Of a stretch of 53,901 nt of DNA, positions 9,764 through 18,786 are shown in pieces. The notes below the pieces were generated by a model that made no database searches, had not been told where the DNA came from, and saw only the letters and a program-made list of their open reading frames with translations. The position numbers were made by a program, and so were the translations under genes. The DNA lies in the IMG/VR virus record IMGVR_UViG_3300042261_000981, positions 1-53,901 of that record; one strand, written 5' to 3'. The stretch is from a virus (taxonomy: Duplodnaviria > Caudoviricetes). Within the stretch, counting starts at the first letter, position 1. The number at the start of each line of letters is the position of its first letter.

Positions 9764-10036
9764 ATGAGAATAAGAAGATTATCAGAAGAAATAGGTTTCT
9801 CCTATACAAATAAAGAAGAAGAAGTCGCTCAAGATAAAACAAATGTTAAAAAAGCACCTAAATTAGGTCTATTAAATAATATTTTAAAACCTATAGCTAA
9901 AAGCGCATTCGAAGCTGGTAAATCTGGTATAACATTTGATGAATGGTGGAATGATTTTGCTGGCGGTGATCAAGCAGATAGTGCCCCAAAACAGAGGAAT
10001 TCAATGGGATTCATAGCAAATAGAGAAAGAGTATAA
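9764..10036 (+). CDS. Hypothetical protein
   Basis: ORF in operon context. Confidence 0.65.
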   Translation: MRIRRLSEEIGFSYTNKEEEVAQDKTNVKKAPKLGLLNNILKPIAKSAFEAGKSGITFDEWWNDFAGGDQADSAPKQRNSMGFIANRERV

Positions 10037-10097
10037 ATAAAATTTAAAAAAACTTCTGTCATTCGCTCGCTTATAATATCTATCAAATTATTAAATT

Positions 10098-11261
10098 ATG
10101 GTAGATACACTAGAAAAAAAGCAAGGAATGGTTGTAGATGACGATTTCTTCGAAAAATTAAAGAACGAAAACAAAGTTTTCAAGTACAAGAGCAAAGACA
10201 AACACGCCACACTAACAGATGACTACCTTTTCTTTTTGAAGAAACTAGAAGAGGATTCTAAAACATTCAAACAAATAGAAGAAGGAGAAGTTGTAGAAGG
10301 AAAAATCGTTGAAGTCAACGGTAAAGAAATTATTATTGACATCAATTTTAAAGATACTGTGTTCGTCGAAAGCAAAACTATCGACAAAGACATGTTTGAA
10401 AATTTACATGCCGGGGAACCTATTAAAGTTATGATCACTGAAATAAGTGATGAACCATATTACATTAAAGGATCATTAAACGATCTTTTAAAACTCAACA
10501 TATCCAATGTTGTTAAAGAACATTTCAACGAAAATATTCACTTTTTCGCTACAGTAAAAGAATCACAACCCGCCGGATATTATCTAAACTTAGAAGTAGA
10601 TGGTCAAATTGTAGACGCTTTTATGCCTAATACATTAGCAGGAGTTAATAAACTCCACGATCCAACGTCCATTGTTGGTGAGAAATTCGAGGTAATGATT
10701 GAAACATTAGAACAAGATAAAGGTGTTTATGTTGTAAGTCGTAAAAAATATCTTGAAAATCTAATTCCAGAAAGAATCAAACAATTGAAAAAAGAATGGA
10801 TTAGAAATAAAAATAAGGTTTATGACGGAATAGTAACAGGATCAACTCCTTTCGGAGTATTCATCGAATTCTGTGAATATTTAACATGCATGATACATCG
10901 TTATAATGTTAATCCAGAGTGGCAACCAGATGAAAAATGGTCAACACTTAAACCAGGTATGACTGTTCCTTTCTATATCAAAGATATTATAACTAGAAAG
11001 AATAAAGTTATAGCTACACAAATTTTAAGAGAATCTCTTTGGGATACCATTAAAGTAGATGATGTAGTAAAAGGTAAAGTCATATCAATCAAACCTTTTG
11101 GAGCTCTTATACAATTGGATGATGAAACAAATGGTTTAATTCAGAATACTTATCTTCAAAAAAACAAAATTGACTTAACTATGGGTCAAGAAATTGAAGT
11201 TAGGGTTACAAGTATAATGAAAGACGAAAGAAAAATCAATCTTTCATTGGTAAAATTGTAA
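10098..11261 (+). CDS. Multi-S1-domain protein, ribosomal protein bS1-like
   Basis: About four S1 repeats (EGEVVEGKIV, PFGVFIEF, VKGKVISIKPFGALIQL, RKINLSL). Confidence 0.85.
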   Translation: MVDTLEKKQGMVVDDDFFEKLKNENKVFKYKSKDKHATLTDDYLFFLKKLEEDSKTFKQIEEGEVVEGKIVEVNGKEIIIDINFKDTVFVESKTIDKDMFENLHAGEPIKVMITEISDEPYYIKGSLNDLLKLNISNVVKEHFNENIHFFATVKESQPAGYYLNLEVDGQIVDAFMPNTLAGVNKLHDPTSIVGEKFEVMIETLEQDKGVYVVSRKKYLENLIPERIKQLKKEWIRNKNKVYDGIVTGSTPFGVFIEFCEYLTCMIHRYNVNPEWQPDEKWSTLKPGMTVPFYIKDIITRKNKVIATQILRESLWDTIKVDDVVKGKVISIKPFGALIQLDDETNGLIQNTYLQKNKIDLTMGQEIEVRVTSIMKDERKINLSLVKL

Positions 11262-11280
11262 AAACTGACATTAAATCATT

Positions 11281-11327
11281 AATATATAAAAATGATAGCA
11301 ATTAAATTGCTATCATTTTTATATATT
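11281..11327. terminator. Long inverted repeat, terminator-like
   Basis: 23-bp arms aatatataaaaatgatagcaatt / aattgctatcatttttatatatt. Confidence 0.7.
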
Positions 11328-11372
11328 GAATTATTTTATTAATTTAGCGACGTAAAAAATAAAATTAACTAA

Positions 11373-11855
11373 ATGAAAGACTTCAAGCTTTTCGGTGGGC
11401 AGGAATTAGAGGATCTTGGAAAATACATTAAGGAGTATTACGCTCAGAACCCAGATATTAAGATATTTGTTGGTACTGACTCTGCTCAGCATGGAAAAGT
11501 AACAAAATACGCTACTGTCGTATCTCTTTTACGTCCAGGTAAGGGTGTTCACATCGTTTTCAAAAGAACTAACATTCGTAGAGAAAGAGATATGTTCACA
11601 CGTCTATGGAATGAAGTAGAATACTCCCGTGAGGTTGCAGACTATATTCACGATGAAATGGAAGGAATCTACCCACACGAAGACAATGTTAAGATTCCAG
11701 TCGTTCATATGGACTTTAACAAATCTCCAAAACACAAATCTAATGTTGTCCACGACTTATCCGTTGGATATATGAAAGGATTTGGATATGAAGTTCATAC
11801 TAAACCTGATAGCTGGTGTTCGACATACGCAGCAGACGAACTTGTCAAGAAATAA
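11373..11855 (+). CDS. RNase H-like protein, YkuK/DUF458 family
   Basis: IFVGTDS, RLWNEV, HMDFN, KPDSWCSTYAAD. Confidence 0.85.
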   Translation: MKDFKLFGGQELEDLGKYIKEYYAQNPDIKIFVGTDSAQHGKVTKYATVVSLLRPGKGVHIVFKRTNIRRERDMFTRLWNEVEYSREVADYIHDEMEGIYPHEDNVKIPVVHMDFNKSPKHKSNVVHDLSVGYMKGFGYEVHTKPDSWCSTYAADELVKK

Positions 11856-11907
11856 AACGGAAGTACAGACTTGGATTTCTGATCCTCTGTCATAGACTCC
11901 GTTTTTT

Positions 11908-11940
11908 GAAACACTCAAACTTTGTTTGAGTGTTTTTTTT
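11908..11940 (+). terminator. Intrinsic terminator
   Basis: aaacactcaaac ttt gtttgagtgttt followed by a T run. Confidence 0.8.
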
Positions 11941-11981
11941 GTTCTGTGAATTTTATATATAGCGTAAAATAATCTTGACAA

Positions 11982-12404
11982 ATGATCATTTCATTTGAAT
12001 TATATAACGAAAGCCTAAAGAATTTTTCTTTCCTCGTGGATAAAGAAGAACTTAATAATTATTTTTGTGAAAAGATTGATTCTAATACTCTTATGGAATT
12101 ATATAAGGAACCATTATATTTCAATGATAAAGAAATAAAATATATTTTTTTATATACAAAAGGCGAAAATTATCTTGGTAGAAAAAAGAAACAAAGTTTT
12201 TCTCACAAACCTTTAGAAAATTTAGAATTTAGAGTTGATAAATATTCTGTGAGATTCAAGGGCGAAACTCATACGATGTATATTCTAATTGTTAATAAAG
12301 ATAGGGAACAATATATGTTCTATGCAAGAAATCTCGTATCTTGTTTTAGAAAGGTAGATGAATTAAAAAAGACAACTAAAAAGTCATTTAAGGACTGGTT
12401 ATGA
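11982..12404 (+). CDS. Hypothetical protein
   Basis: ORF, MIISFELYNE N-terminus. Confidence 0.7.
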   Translation: MIISFELYNESLKNFSFLVDKEELNNYFCEKIDSNTLMELYKEPLYFNDKEIKYIFLYTKGENYLGRKKKQSFSHKPLENLEFRVDKYSVRFKGETHTMYILIVNKDREQYMFYARNLVSCFRKVDELKKTTKKSFKDWL

Positions 12405-14119
12405 AAAACGTAGATTCTTATGAATTGCATATTATAAATGAAAGTTTTGATTATAGACTTTACGAAACAAAGAAAAGTAATTTTTTTCTTGGCGTTCAAA
12501 ATGACTTAAAGAAAAAACTATCATTAAATTTATATTTTGTTGGAACTTTCCAAATGGGAATATCTGCTTTATACCCAATAGTTGAGGCTTTAATGCACAA
12601 CGAAAGAGTTATGGGCATTACTGACGAACGAATTGTTCTACTAACCTTATTTGCCATAACACAAATTTTACACGTTTTTAACGATGACTTCAAGAGAATT
12701 AAAGAAGAACTCAAAGATCAAGGTCTTATGGAATGGGCTAACAAGGTAAAAGAAACTGTATTATCTGTTAGTAGATTATTTAAGTTTGTTGCAGAGAGTT
12801 TTGGAAAAATTGTTGATGCTTTTACTGACATGTTTGCTTATGTGGCTTTGGCAATTCCTTTTGAAGCTGTTGTATTAGATTTAATTATGAAACATGGATT
12901 AGATACTAAAACATTTCCATATGAAATTGGATTAATTGGTGTTGGAGTAGGTATATTTTCTATTAAGACTTTAATAAGTAAAATATGGGAGAAAATAAAA
13001 GGAAAGAGAAATGAATCTTATTTGATTGAAAATAATATTAACGATGAACATTTATTAGTATCAGCTTTCCCAGGAATGCGTCTTATATCTGGTTTCCCAG
13101 GCATAGGTAAGAGTCATTTCTTCAGAGTTATGCAACAAGATGGTATTAAAAAAGTATTAGATTCAGATTCTACTAATTTTTCATGGATAGAGAAGGGAGT
13201 TAGAAATCCTGATTTTCCAAATAACTATATTGATCATATAAAGAAAAATAAAGATAAAGCAGATATTATTCTAATATCATCACATGATGTTGTAAGAAAA
13301 GCTTTAGTCGAAAATAATATTCCTTTTATATTAGTTTATCCGAATAGAAATATAAAGGAAGAATATATTGCTAGATATAGACAAAGAGGCAGTGATGAAA
13401 AATTTGTTAAATTATTAGAAGATAATTGGGATAAATTTATAGATGATTGTGAAAAACAAAAAGGATGTAAACATGTGGTTATTCATAGCGGAGAATACTT
13501 AAGTAATAAGATAGAAGACTTGATGAAGGATGATGAAGTAAATGAAAGACTCTTTGGAAGAAAAAAAGAAAAACATAAAGTTAAGACATTAAAAGATTGG
13601 ATGTTTGTTAAAAAAGGCGAACCTCCAATGACTTTTACCGAAGAAGAAAATGAAAAATTCCAAAAAGAGAAAAGAGTTATTAAGAAAAATTATAGAAAGA
13701 GATTAGACAGGATTTTGCTGGTTTGTCCTTACGGTGAAGAAAAATGGGAGAACGAAAGCGTGAAAAGCTTATTAGACCCTTACGGAGAAGAAGATTGGGA
13801 AGAAAATAAGAATCTCTATATTATTTATGTTATAGGTCAAGATGCTAATTTTCTAGCAAAGAAAAAAATTAGAAAACAAGGAAGGTGGGATGACCCCTAT
13901 TATGAAATAGCTTATAAAGAAAGACACGGTAGATTAGTATTCGATAGAGGATTTAATGTGAACGACCCATATCCAGCAAAAAAAGTAGAAGAAATATTAA
14001 ATGGAACAGAATTAGTTGGTTATACAACAGGATTTAGTAATGTTAGATTTGATACATTAGAAAATATAATACAAGGGACAGGAATAAATATCGATGATAT
14101 TAATTTCATGCATAGATAA
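12401..14119 (+). CDS. Mosaic protein: hydrophobic N-domain, P-loop kinase-like domain, C-terminal modules with CPYGEEKW and DPYGEEDW
   Basis: Hydrophobic helices; GFPGIGKS Walker A and DSDS. Confidence 0.75.
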   Translation: MKNVDSYELHIINESFDYRLYETKKSNFFLGVQNDLKKKLSLNLYFVGTFQMGISALYPIVEALMHNERVMGITDERIVLLTLFAITQILHVFNDDFKRIKEELKDQGLMEWANKVKETVLSVSRLFKFVAESFGKIVDAFTDMFAYVALAIPFEAVVLDLIMKHGLDTKTFPYEIGLIGVGVGIFSIKTLISKIWEKIKGKRNESYLIENNINDEHLLVSAFPGMRLISGFPGIGKSHFFRVMQQDGIKKVLDSDSTNFSWIEKGVRNPDFPNNYIDHIKKNKDKADIILISSHDVVRKALVENNIPFILVYPNRNIKEEYIARYRQRGSDEKFVKLLEDNWDKFIDDCEKQKGCKHVVIHSGEYLSNKIEDLMKDDEVNERLFGRKKEKHKVKTLKDWMFVKKGEPPMTFTEEENEKFQKEKRVIKKNYRKRLDRILLVCPYGEEKWENESVKSLLDPYGEEDWEENKNLYIIYVIGQDANFLAKKKIRKQGRWDDPYYEIAYKERHGRLVFDRGFNVNDPYPAKKVEEILNGTELVGYTTGFSNVRFDTLENIIQGTGINIDDINFMHR

Positions 14120-14122
14120 GAT

Positions 14123-14968
14123 ATGAAAGTAAAGAAACTAAAAGACTATAATAAAAAAAGAATAATGGTCATAGTCGGTTCGGCTAGATCTGAAGATAAT
14201 TGCCCTGGACAAGATAGTAAAACTGGGAAAATAGTTAAAGATGCCCTTAAAGATCTACCCAAAGACATCGAAATAGATTTAGTAGATTTATCTATACAAT
14301 TAGATAAACCGATTATTCAACCTTGTAAGGGATGTATTTCAACTGCCGGTGGGGCTCACTGCCATTTCCCATGTGATTGCTTCTTTAAAGGGGATAAAGA
14401 ACATCCTGATTTTATGTCTGATTTCGATATTTATAAAAGAATGTTGAAGGCAGACGCTTTTATAGTCTTTTCTCCTATTAACTGGTGGAATGTTCCAACA
14501 CAAGTTAAAGCTTTCTTCGATAGATTAACATGTGGATCTTTAACAATAACAGCAAAACAGGCACAAGAACTTTGGCCAGATGATGCTAAAAACGCAAAGA
14601 AAACAAAGAAATTTTCAGAAACGGAAGAATGTAAAAAGATGGTAAAGAACCATTTGGAAGGCAAAATTGGAGCCTTTTATATTCACGGAGATGATGGTGC
14701 TGATGATTATAAAGATAGAAAATTCCCAGCTAGTATGACTAAATATGAAATTGGTAAATATAATGAACCAAAGAATTGTATTCTTCCTATTGTTTGGCAA
14801 TGTAGATATATGGGAATTGATGTTCCTGAAGAATTAATAGATGCTTTTTATATAAATGAAGATATAAGTTATAGTGAAGCTAATGATAGACTTAAAAATG
14901 GTAAAATGGAATATGCTATTAAAAAAGCACATAAATTGATAATAGATACCTATGAATATCTTGACTAA
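14123..14968 (+). CDS. Flavodoxin-fold NADPH-dependent FMN reductase / iron-sulfur flavoprotein family
   Basis: IVGSAR, PCKGC...CHFPCDC, ADAFIVFSPINW, KAFFDRL. Confidence 0.85.
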   Translation: MKVKKLKDYNKKRIMVIVGSARSEDNCPGQDSKTGKIVKDALKDLPKDIEIDLVDLSIQLDKPIIQPCKGCISTAGGAHCHFPCDCFFKGDKEHPDFMSDFDIYKRMLKADAFIVFSPINWWNVPTQVKAFFDRLTCGSLTITAKQAQELWPDDAKNAKKTKKFSETEECKKMVKNHLEGKIGAFYIHGDDGADDYKDRKFPASMTKYEIGKYNEPKNCILPIVWQCRYMGIDVPEELIDAFYINEDISYSEANDRLKNGKMEYAIKKAHKLIIDTYEYLD

Positions 14969-15192
14969 ATATTATGATTTCATAAAAGAAAATGTAGAAA
15001 CTACAAAAGTAGAAGTAGATGGCAACTATCTATATCACTTATATTATGAAGATGGAAGAAATCACAATGAAACTTCCAGATATTTAAAAAATCTTTTAAA
15101 AGATAAAGATGTAAGTTTGGCATAAAGATACAGAACCTCTTGGTGATTATGGTGTATATTTAATAAGATTAGATAGAAATAAAATTATTTAA
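14952..15192 (+). pseudogene. Frameshifted small gene
   Basis: MNILTKYYDFIKE... stops at 15125; a second frame WHKDTEPLGDYGVYLIRL ends at 15192, abutting the next ATG. Confidence 0.45.
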
Positions 15193-15999
15193 ATGTTTAA
15201 CATAGGAGATAGAGTAATTTATATTTATAAAGGAAAAAGATACGAATTTAAGGGAGGCATGCAAGAACTTGACGGACTTAATGGCACTGTGATAGATATT
15301 CATTTGATTGATTTTGAAGGTGTTGTCGGCATTCAATTTGATGAAAGTATAAGGAAATTTGGTGGGCATAATTGTGAAGGTAGAGGGAAAGAAGGATATT
15401 GTAGATATGTATCTAAAAACGAAGTAGAACATATTGAAGAAAAAGGAGATATAAAGTGGTTTAATGGGGACAAATTCGAAAATAAAAATATAATATATAG
15501 TAACATGATAACAAAATTCGATAATTATATTAAAGAAGAATTTAATCTTATACATAAAATAGGAGTGGCTATGGACCTAAGTAAACCTGATGATGATATT
15601 ATAAAAAAAATAATAAGAATTGTTAGAAAACAAGGAGTAGATGAGGGAAGATATAAAGTAGAATATCTCGACAATGGTGGTAAAACATGGCGTCCTAGTA
15701 GAATAAATAGTTATGTTATAATAAGGGTTCCAAAAGATTTTAAAGACGTGGATCCATATGGTGAAGAAGAATGGGAAGAAAATAAACCAATAAGAATAAG
15801 AATAGATAGACACGTTTATGAACATAATTGGAGACATTATTATATGTTTTATGTAAACGATAGGAAATTAGAAGTATCAGATTCTAATGTAGAGACACTA
15901 ATAGAATTATTGGAGAGACCCAGTAAAAGAAGAGAAGAAGAAAGAGAAAGAGCCAAAAAAAGAGCCAATGATGATCTCAGAAAAGATCTCTTTAATTAA
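15193..15999 (+). CDS. SH3/KOW-like domain in frame with a DPYGEE-family protein (internal start at 15505)
   Basis: FNIGDRV N-domain; internal TAATATATA (15491) then MITKFDNYIKE. Confidence 0.7.
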   Translation: MFNIGDRVIYIYKGKRYEFKGGMQELDGLNGTVIDIHLIDFEGVVGIQFDESIRKFGGHNCEGRGKEGYCRYVSKNEVEHIEEKGDIKWFNGDKFENKNIIYSNMITKFDNYIKEEFNLIHKIGVAMDLSKPDDDIIKKIIRIVRKQGVDEGRYKVEYLDNGGKTWRPSRINSYVIIRVPKDFKDVDPYGEEEWEENKPIRIRIDRHVYEHNWRHYYMFYVNDRKLEVSDSNVETLIELLERPSKRREEERERAKKRANDDLRKDLFN

Positions 16000-16742
16000 T
16001 GATTTTTCATCCACTGATTAAAAGCACCAACCCACATTTGTAAAAGTTCCATATGTTCTTGGACAGTAACACCATAAACATGATTGTCAACTTTCATAGG
16101 ACTTTTTGTATCTGTACCCATTTGTGATCCATAAGGCCAACTATTTCTTACAATCGTTATTCTAGATATAGGATTTTCTATATTCCTATCTTTTTTTCTT
16201 AACAAATAAGAAACTAAATGCCCTTGTTTTAATTGTTTTGAAAGACCATACCAAGTTTCTACGAATTCTTTATCGTATCTTGGATCATTTATATCCATAC
16301 ATGAAGACCACCCTCTACCGGTAGATTGCCCTATTATATCATATGGATGTCTTGAGATAACTACAGTATATTCTTTATCTTTTAATGTATTATTCTTACT
16401 ATCTTCGTAAGCTTTAAGAAGATCTTCTCTTCCTAATTTTACAAACAGTCTTCCAATTTTTATCTCTCTACCGTCTTTATCTATACATATTCCTTTAATA
16501 TAATCTTTTATAGGATACCTATACCAATTCATATAATCTATAATTTCTTGTGGAATTCTTATTTGCCATTTGTTTGGATCTACTTCAATATCAAAATATA
16601 TTCTATAATAATTTTTATCGTGATCAGCAAATCTTTTAAAATATTCTTTATATATTTGTTGATCCTTTCCATCTAAATATTTATGATAAGGTTTATAACT
16701 ATTAAAAGTTACTGCTTCATTATATTGTACGAAATTATACAT
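15996..16742 (-). CDS. Conserved phage hypothetical protein
   Basis: ISRHPYDIIGQSTGRGWSSCM; start set at MYNFVQYNE after the promoter motif. Confidence 0.75.
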   Translation of the reverse strand: MYNFVQYNEAVTFNSYKPYHKYLDGKDQQIYKEYFKRFADHDKNYYRIYFDIEVDPNKWQIRIPQEIIDYMNWYRYPIKDYIKGICIDKDGREIKIGRLFVKLGREDLLKAYEDSKNNTLKDKEYTVVISRHPYDIIGQSTGRGWSSCMDINDPRYDKEFVETWYGLSKQLKQGHLVSYLLRKKDRNIENPISRITIVRNSWPYGSQMGTDTKSPMKVDNHVYGVTVQEHMELLQMWVGAFNQWMKNH

Positions 16743-16839
16743 AAAATTATATATTAATTTTTTTTTATTCAAATTTATGTCGTATTTTTGTAAAACAAAT
16801 TCAGAAAATTAATATATAATCAAAAAAGGAGAATTAAAA

Positions 16840-17229
16840 ATGTCGTAGATTCACAACAAGTTAATTACTGTAGCAAGACAAGATCTTACCCCAGGCTATC
16901 AAGCCACACAGGCAACTCACGCCGCATTATTATTCGCACAAGAATTTCCGTAGATTTATAAAGAATGGTCAAAAGACCCATATTTAGCTTTGCTTTCTAT
17001 TAAGAATGAGCAAGAGCTTATAAATCTCATTTCCAAATTAGAAAAATCCAAAATTAAATTTTCAGTCTTTAGGGAACCTGATATTAACAATCAGATTACC
17101 TCAATTTGTATTGAACCTTCTGAGGCATCAAGAAAGGCTACTAGTTCTTTGCCTAAAATGTTAAGAGATTTAGCGACTGAAAATCAAATAGATAAAAATA
17201 ACTGTTTACAAAAGGAGGAAGTATTATGA
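16840..17229 (+). CDS. Peptidyl-tRNA hydrolase 2 (Pth2)-like protein interrupted by two in-frame TAG codons
   Basis: AGGAG SD then MS*IHNKLITVARQDLTPGYQATQATHAA...FP*IYKEW...LLSIKNEQEL...FREPDINNQITSICIEP...SSLP; TAG at 16846 and 16951. Confidence 0.8.
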
Positions 17230-17390
17230 AGAATCAAGAAATATGGGAAATAACAGAGAAAATCATCAGTGCTATGAAATATTTAAATCAATTAAAAGAT
17301 GAAGACAGAAAAAAAATTTTTTGGAGAGATTTAGAGGAAGATTGGTTTGATTATTTAGAAAATAAAATAAACGGAGGAGATAAAGAATGA
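17226..17390 (+). CDS. Small hypothetical protein (54 aa), not in ORF track
   Basis: AGGAGG SD; ATGA overlaps with both neighbours. Confidence 0.75.
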   Translation: MKNQEIWEITEKIISAMKYLNQLKDEDRKKIFWRDLEEDWFDYLENKINGGDKE

Positions 17391-17686
17391 AAATAGAAGA
17401 ATTGGATATAATGTATAGTAATCATGTAAAAGTATTTAGAGATTTTTTTAATAAAAATTTCAATGGGGATGAAAATAATCTATTAGTTTTTCCAGAAGGT
17501 GATAATCTATCTATAGAATGGATATTCAAAGACTATCGTTATGGATTTTATATAGATTATGAAATTGAAAAATCATCATTCTATTTTGTATCAAAAGAAA
17601 AATATGGAGAATTAACAATATCATGCTTATTAAATGATGAATGCAGTTCGGATTTAATAAAAATAATTAACAAAAGAATATCATAA
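17387..17686 (+). CDS. Hypothetical protein
   Basis: GGAGG SD, translationally coupled. Confidence 0.75.
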   Translation: MKIEELDIMYSNHVKVFRDFFNKNFNGDENNLLVFPEGDNLSIEWIFKDYRYGFYIDYEIEKSSFYFVSKEKYGELTISCLLNDECSSDLIKIINKRIS

Positions 17687-17701
17687 AGAAAGGAGGACGA
17701 T

Positions 17702-17725
17702 ATGTCGTAGGTAAAGCCGCCATAA
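17702..17725 (+). other. Minigene ATG TCG TAG GTA AAG CCG CCA TAA (M-S-amber-V-K-P-P)
   Basis: AAAGGAGG SD just upstream; same first three codons as the Pth2-like gene. Confidence 0.65.
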
Positions 17726-17818
17726 GGTGTAAAGTAAAATCAGCAAAACAAGTTTAATCATTATCGACTTGTAAATTAAAGATGATGAAACATTTATAAC
17801 AAAAATAAAATTAAAATT

Positions 17819-18232
17819 ATGAAAACAACAACAAACGCTGGTGTTACGTACACCTACAATAAATATGAAGTTATTGAAAAAATCAACAAAACTATTGCTT
17901 TAATTGAAGCTTGGATTAGTGAAAACAATTATCAAATATCAGGTAAAATTGATAGGAATCTTGAAGATAAATGGAGTAATTTATCTAAGAGTCAGGTGAA
18001 GAAAATTCAGAGATATTGTTTTTGGATTGAAAGAAAACCTTCTTTAAGAAATGTTAATACATTCTTTGGTATTTTGTCTAAATATTTCAAAATTGAAAGA
18101 GTTCATGTTAAGATTTCTGCCAAAGAAGAAGCCATTCAAAAATCCAGAAAAGAATGGATTAAAGCAAGAAATGAAGCCGATAAAGCTTTGAAGGCATACA
18201 AAGCAGAGAAAGGCGATTTTTATAAAAAATAA
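17819..18232 (+). CDS. Basic helical hypothetical protein
   Basis: ORF between the minigene and the first tRNA. Confidence 0.8.
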   Translation: MKTTTNAGVTYTYNKYEVIEKINKTIALIEAWISENNYQISGKIDRNLEDKWSNLSKSQVKKIQRYCFWIERKPSLRNVNTFFGILSKYFKIERVHVKISAKEEAIQKSRKEWIKARNEADKALKAYKAEKGDFYKK

Positions 18233-18256
18233 TTTTTTTAGTTTAGAATAATTTAA

Positions 18257-18264
18257 TATCTTTG
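18257..18264 (+). promoter_or_regulatory. Bacteroidota-type -7 box TATCTTTG upstream of tRNA
   Basis: Matches TAnnTTTG; same motif found upstream of other transcription units. Confidence 0.55.
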
Positions 18265-18286
18265 CCTATCGTATGATAGGCAAAAT

Positions 18287-18359
18287 CCGACAGTAGCTCA
18301 GTTGGTAGAGCGGAAGCCTCTAGATCTTCAAGTCGCGGGTTCGAATCCTGTCTGTCGGG
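18287..18359 (+). tRNA. tRNA with CUA anticodon (amber suppressor), C31-U39 mismatch, no encoded CCA
   Basis: Acceptor ccgacag/ctgtcgg, D arm gctc/gagc, loop ctCTAga, T loop ttcgaat. Confidence 0.85.
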
Positions 18360-18373
18360 CAAAAATAAATAAT

Positions 18374-18781
18374 ATGCTTAAAAAGAACGAATTTAACGCT
18401 TTAGGTGACATTACTGTAGAAGAAGCCTGTAGATTTGGTCTTTTAGAAGAAATGTCAGGAACTCAAGTTCAAGAAAAATTTGGTAATTATATTCCATATT
18501 CTGATGGAAAAACAAGACTTGGTAAGGAAGTCACTGTTGGGGACAGTCTTGTATACTGGGATATTAGAAAAAAGGGGAATATAAAAGGAAGTACTACACC
18601 AAAAGACAAATTAACAGTTGGTTCGAAATATGAAGTTCAAAAGGTAAGTTGGAATGGAAATAGAATAACTGTTATTAATGATCTTGGCAAAAAATCTGTT
18701 GTTGGGACAGATAGGTTTGTTTTTGAAAATAAAAAAATAATTTCACCGATTGATCCTTACGGGGAAGAGTATTGGTATTAA
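18374..18781 (+). CDS. Hypothetical protein, C-terminal DPYGEEYW
   Basis: Start moved to 18374 because the ORF-track start lies inside the tRNA. Confidence 0.75.
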   Translation: MLKKNEFNALGDITVEEACRFGLLEEMSGTQVQEKFGNYIPYSDGKTRLGKEVTVGDSLVYWDIRKKGNIKGSTTPKDKLTVGSKYEVQKVSWNGNRITVINDLGKKSVVGTDRFVFENKKIISPIDPYGEEYWY

Positions 18782-18786
18782 AATAA

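Noticed and set aside
16990-17229. 79-aa ORF with TTG start as the real gene
   Set aside because: It lacks the N-terminal Pth2 motifs, which lie upstream in frame behind a good SD.
18287-18359. Reading the first tRNA as Leu(UAG)
   Set aside because: Stem geometry and U33 place CUA at positions 34-36, and there is no long variable arm.
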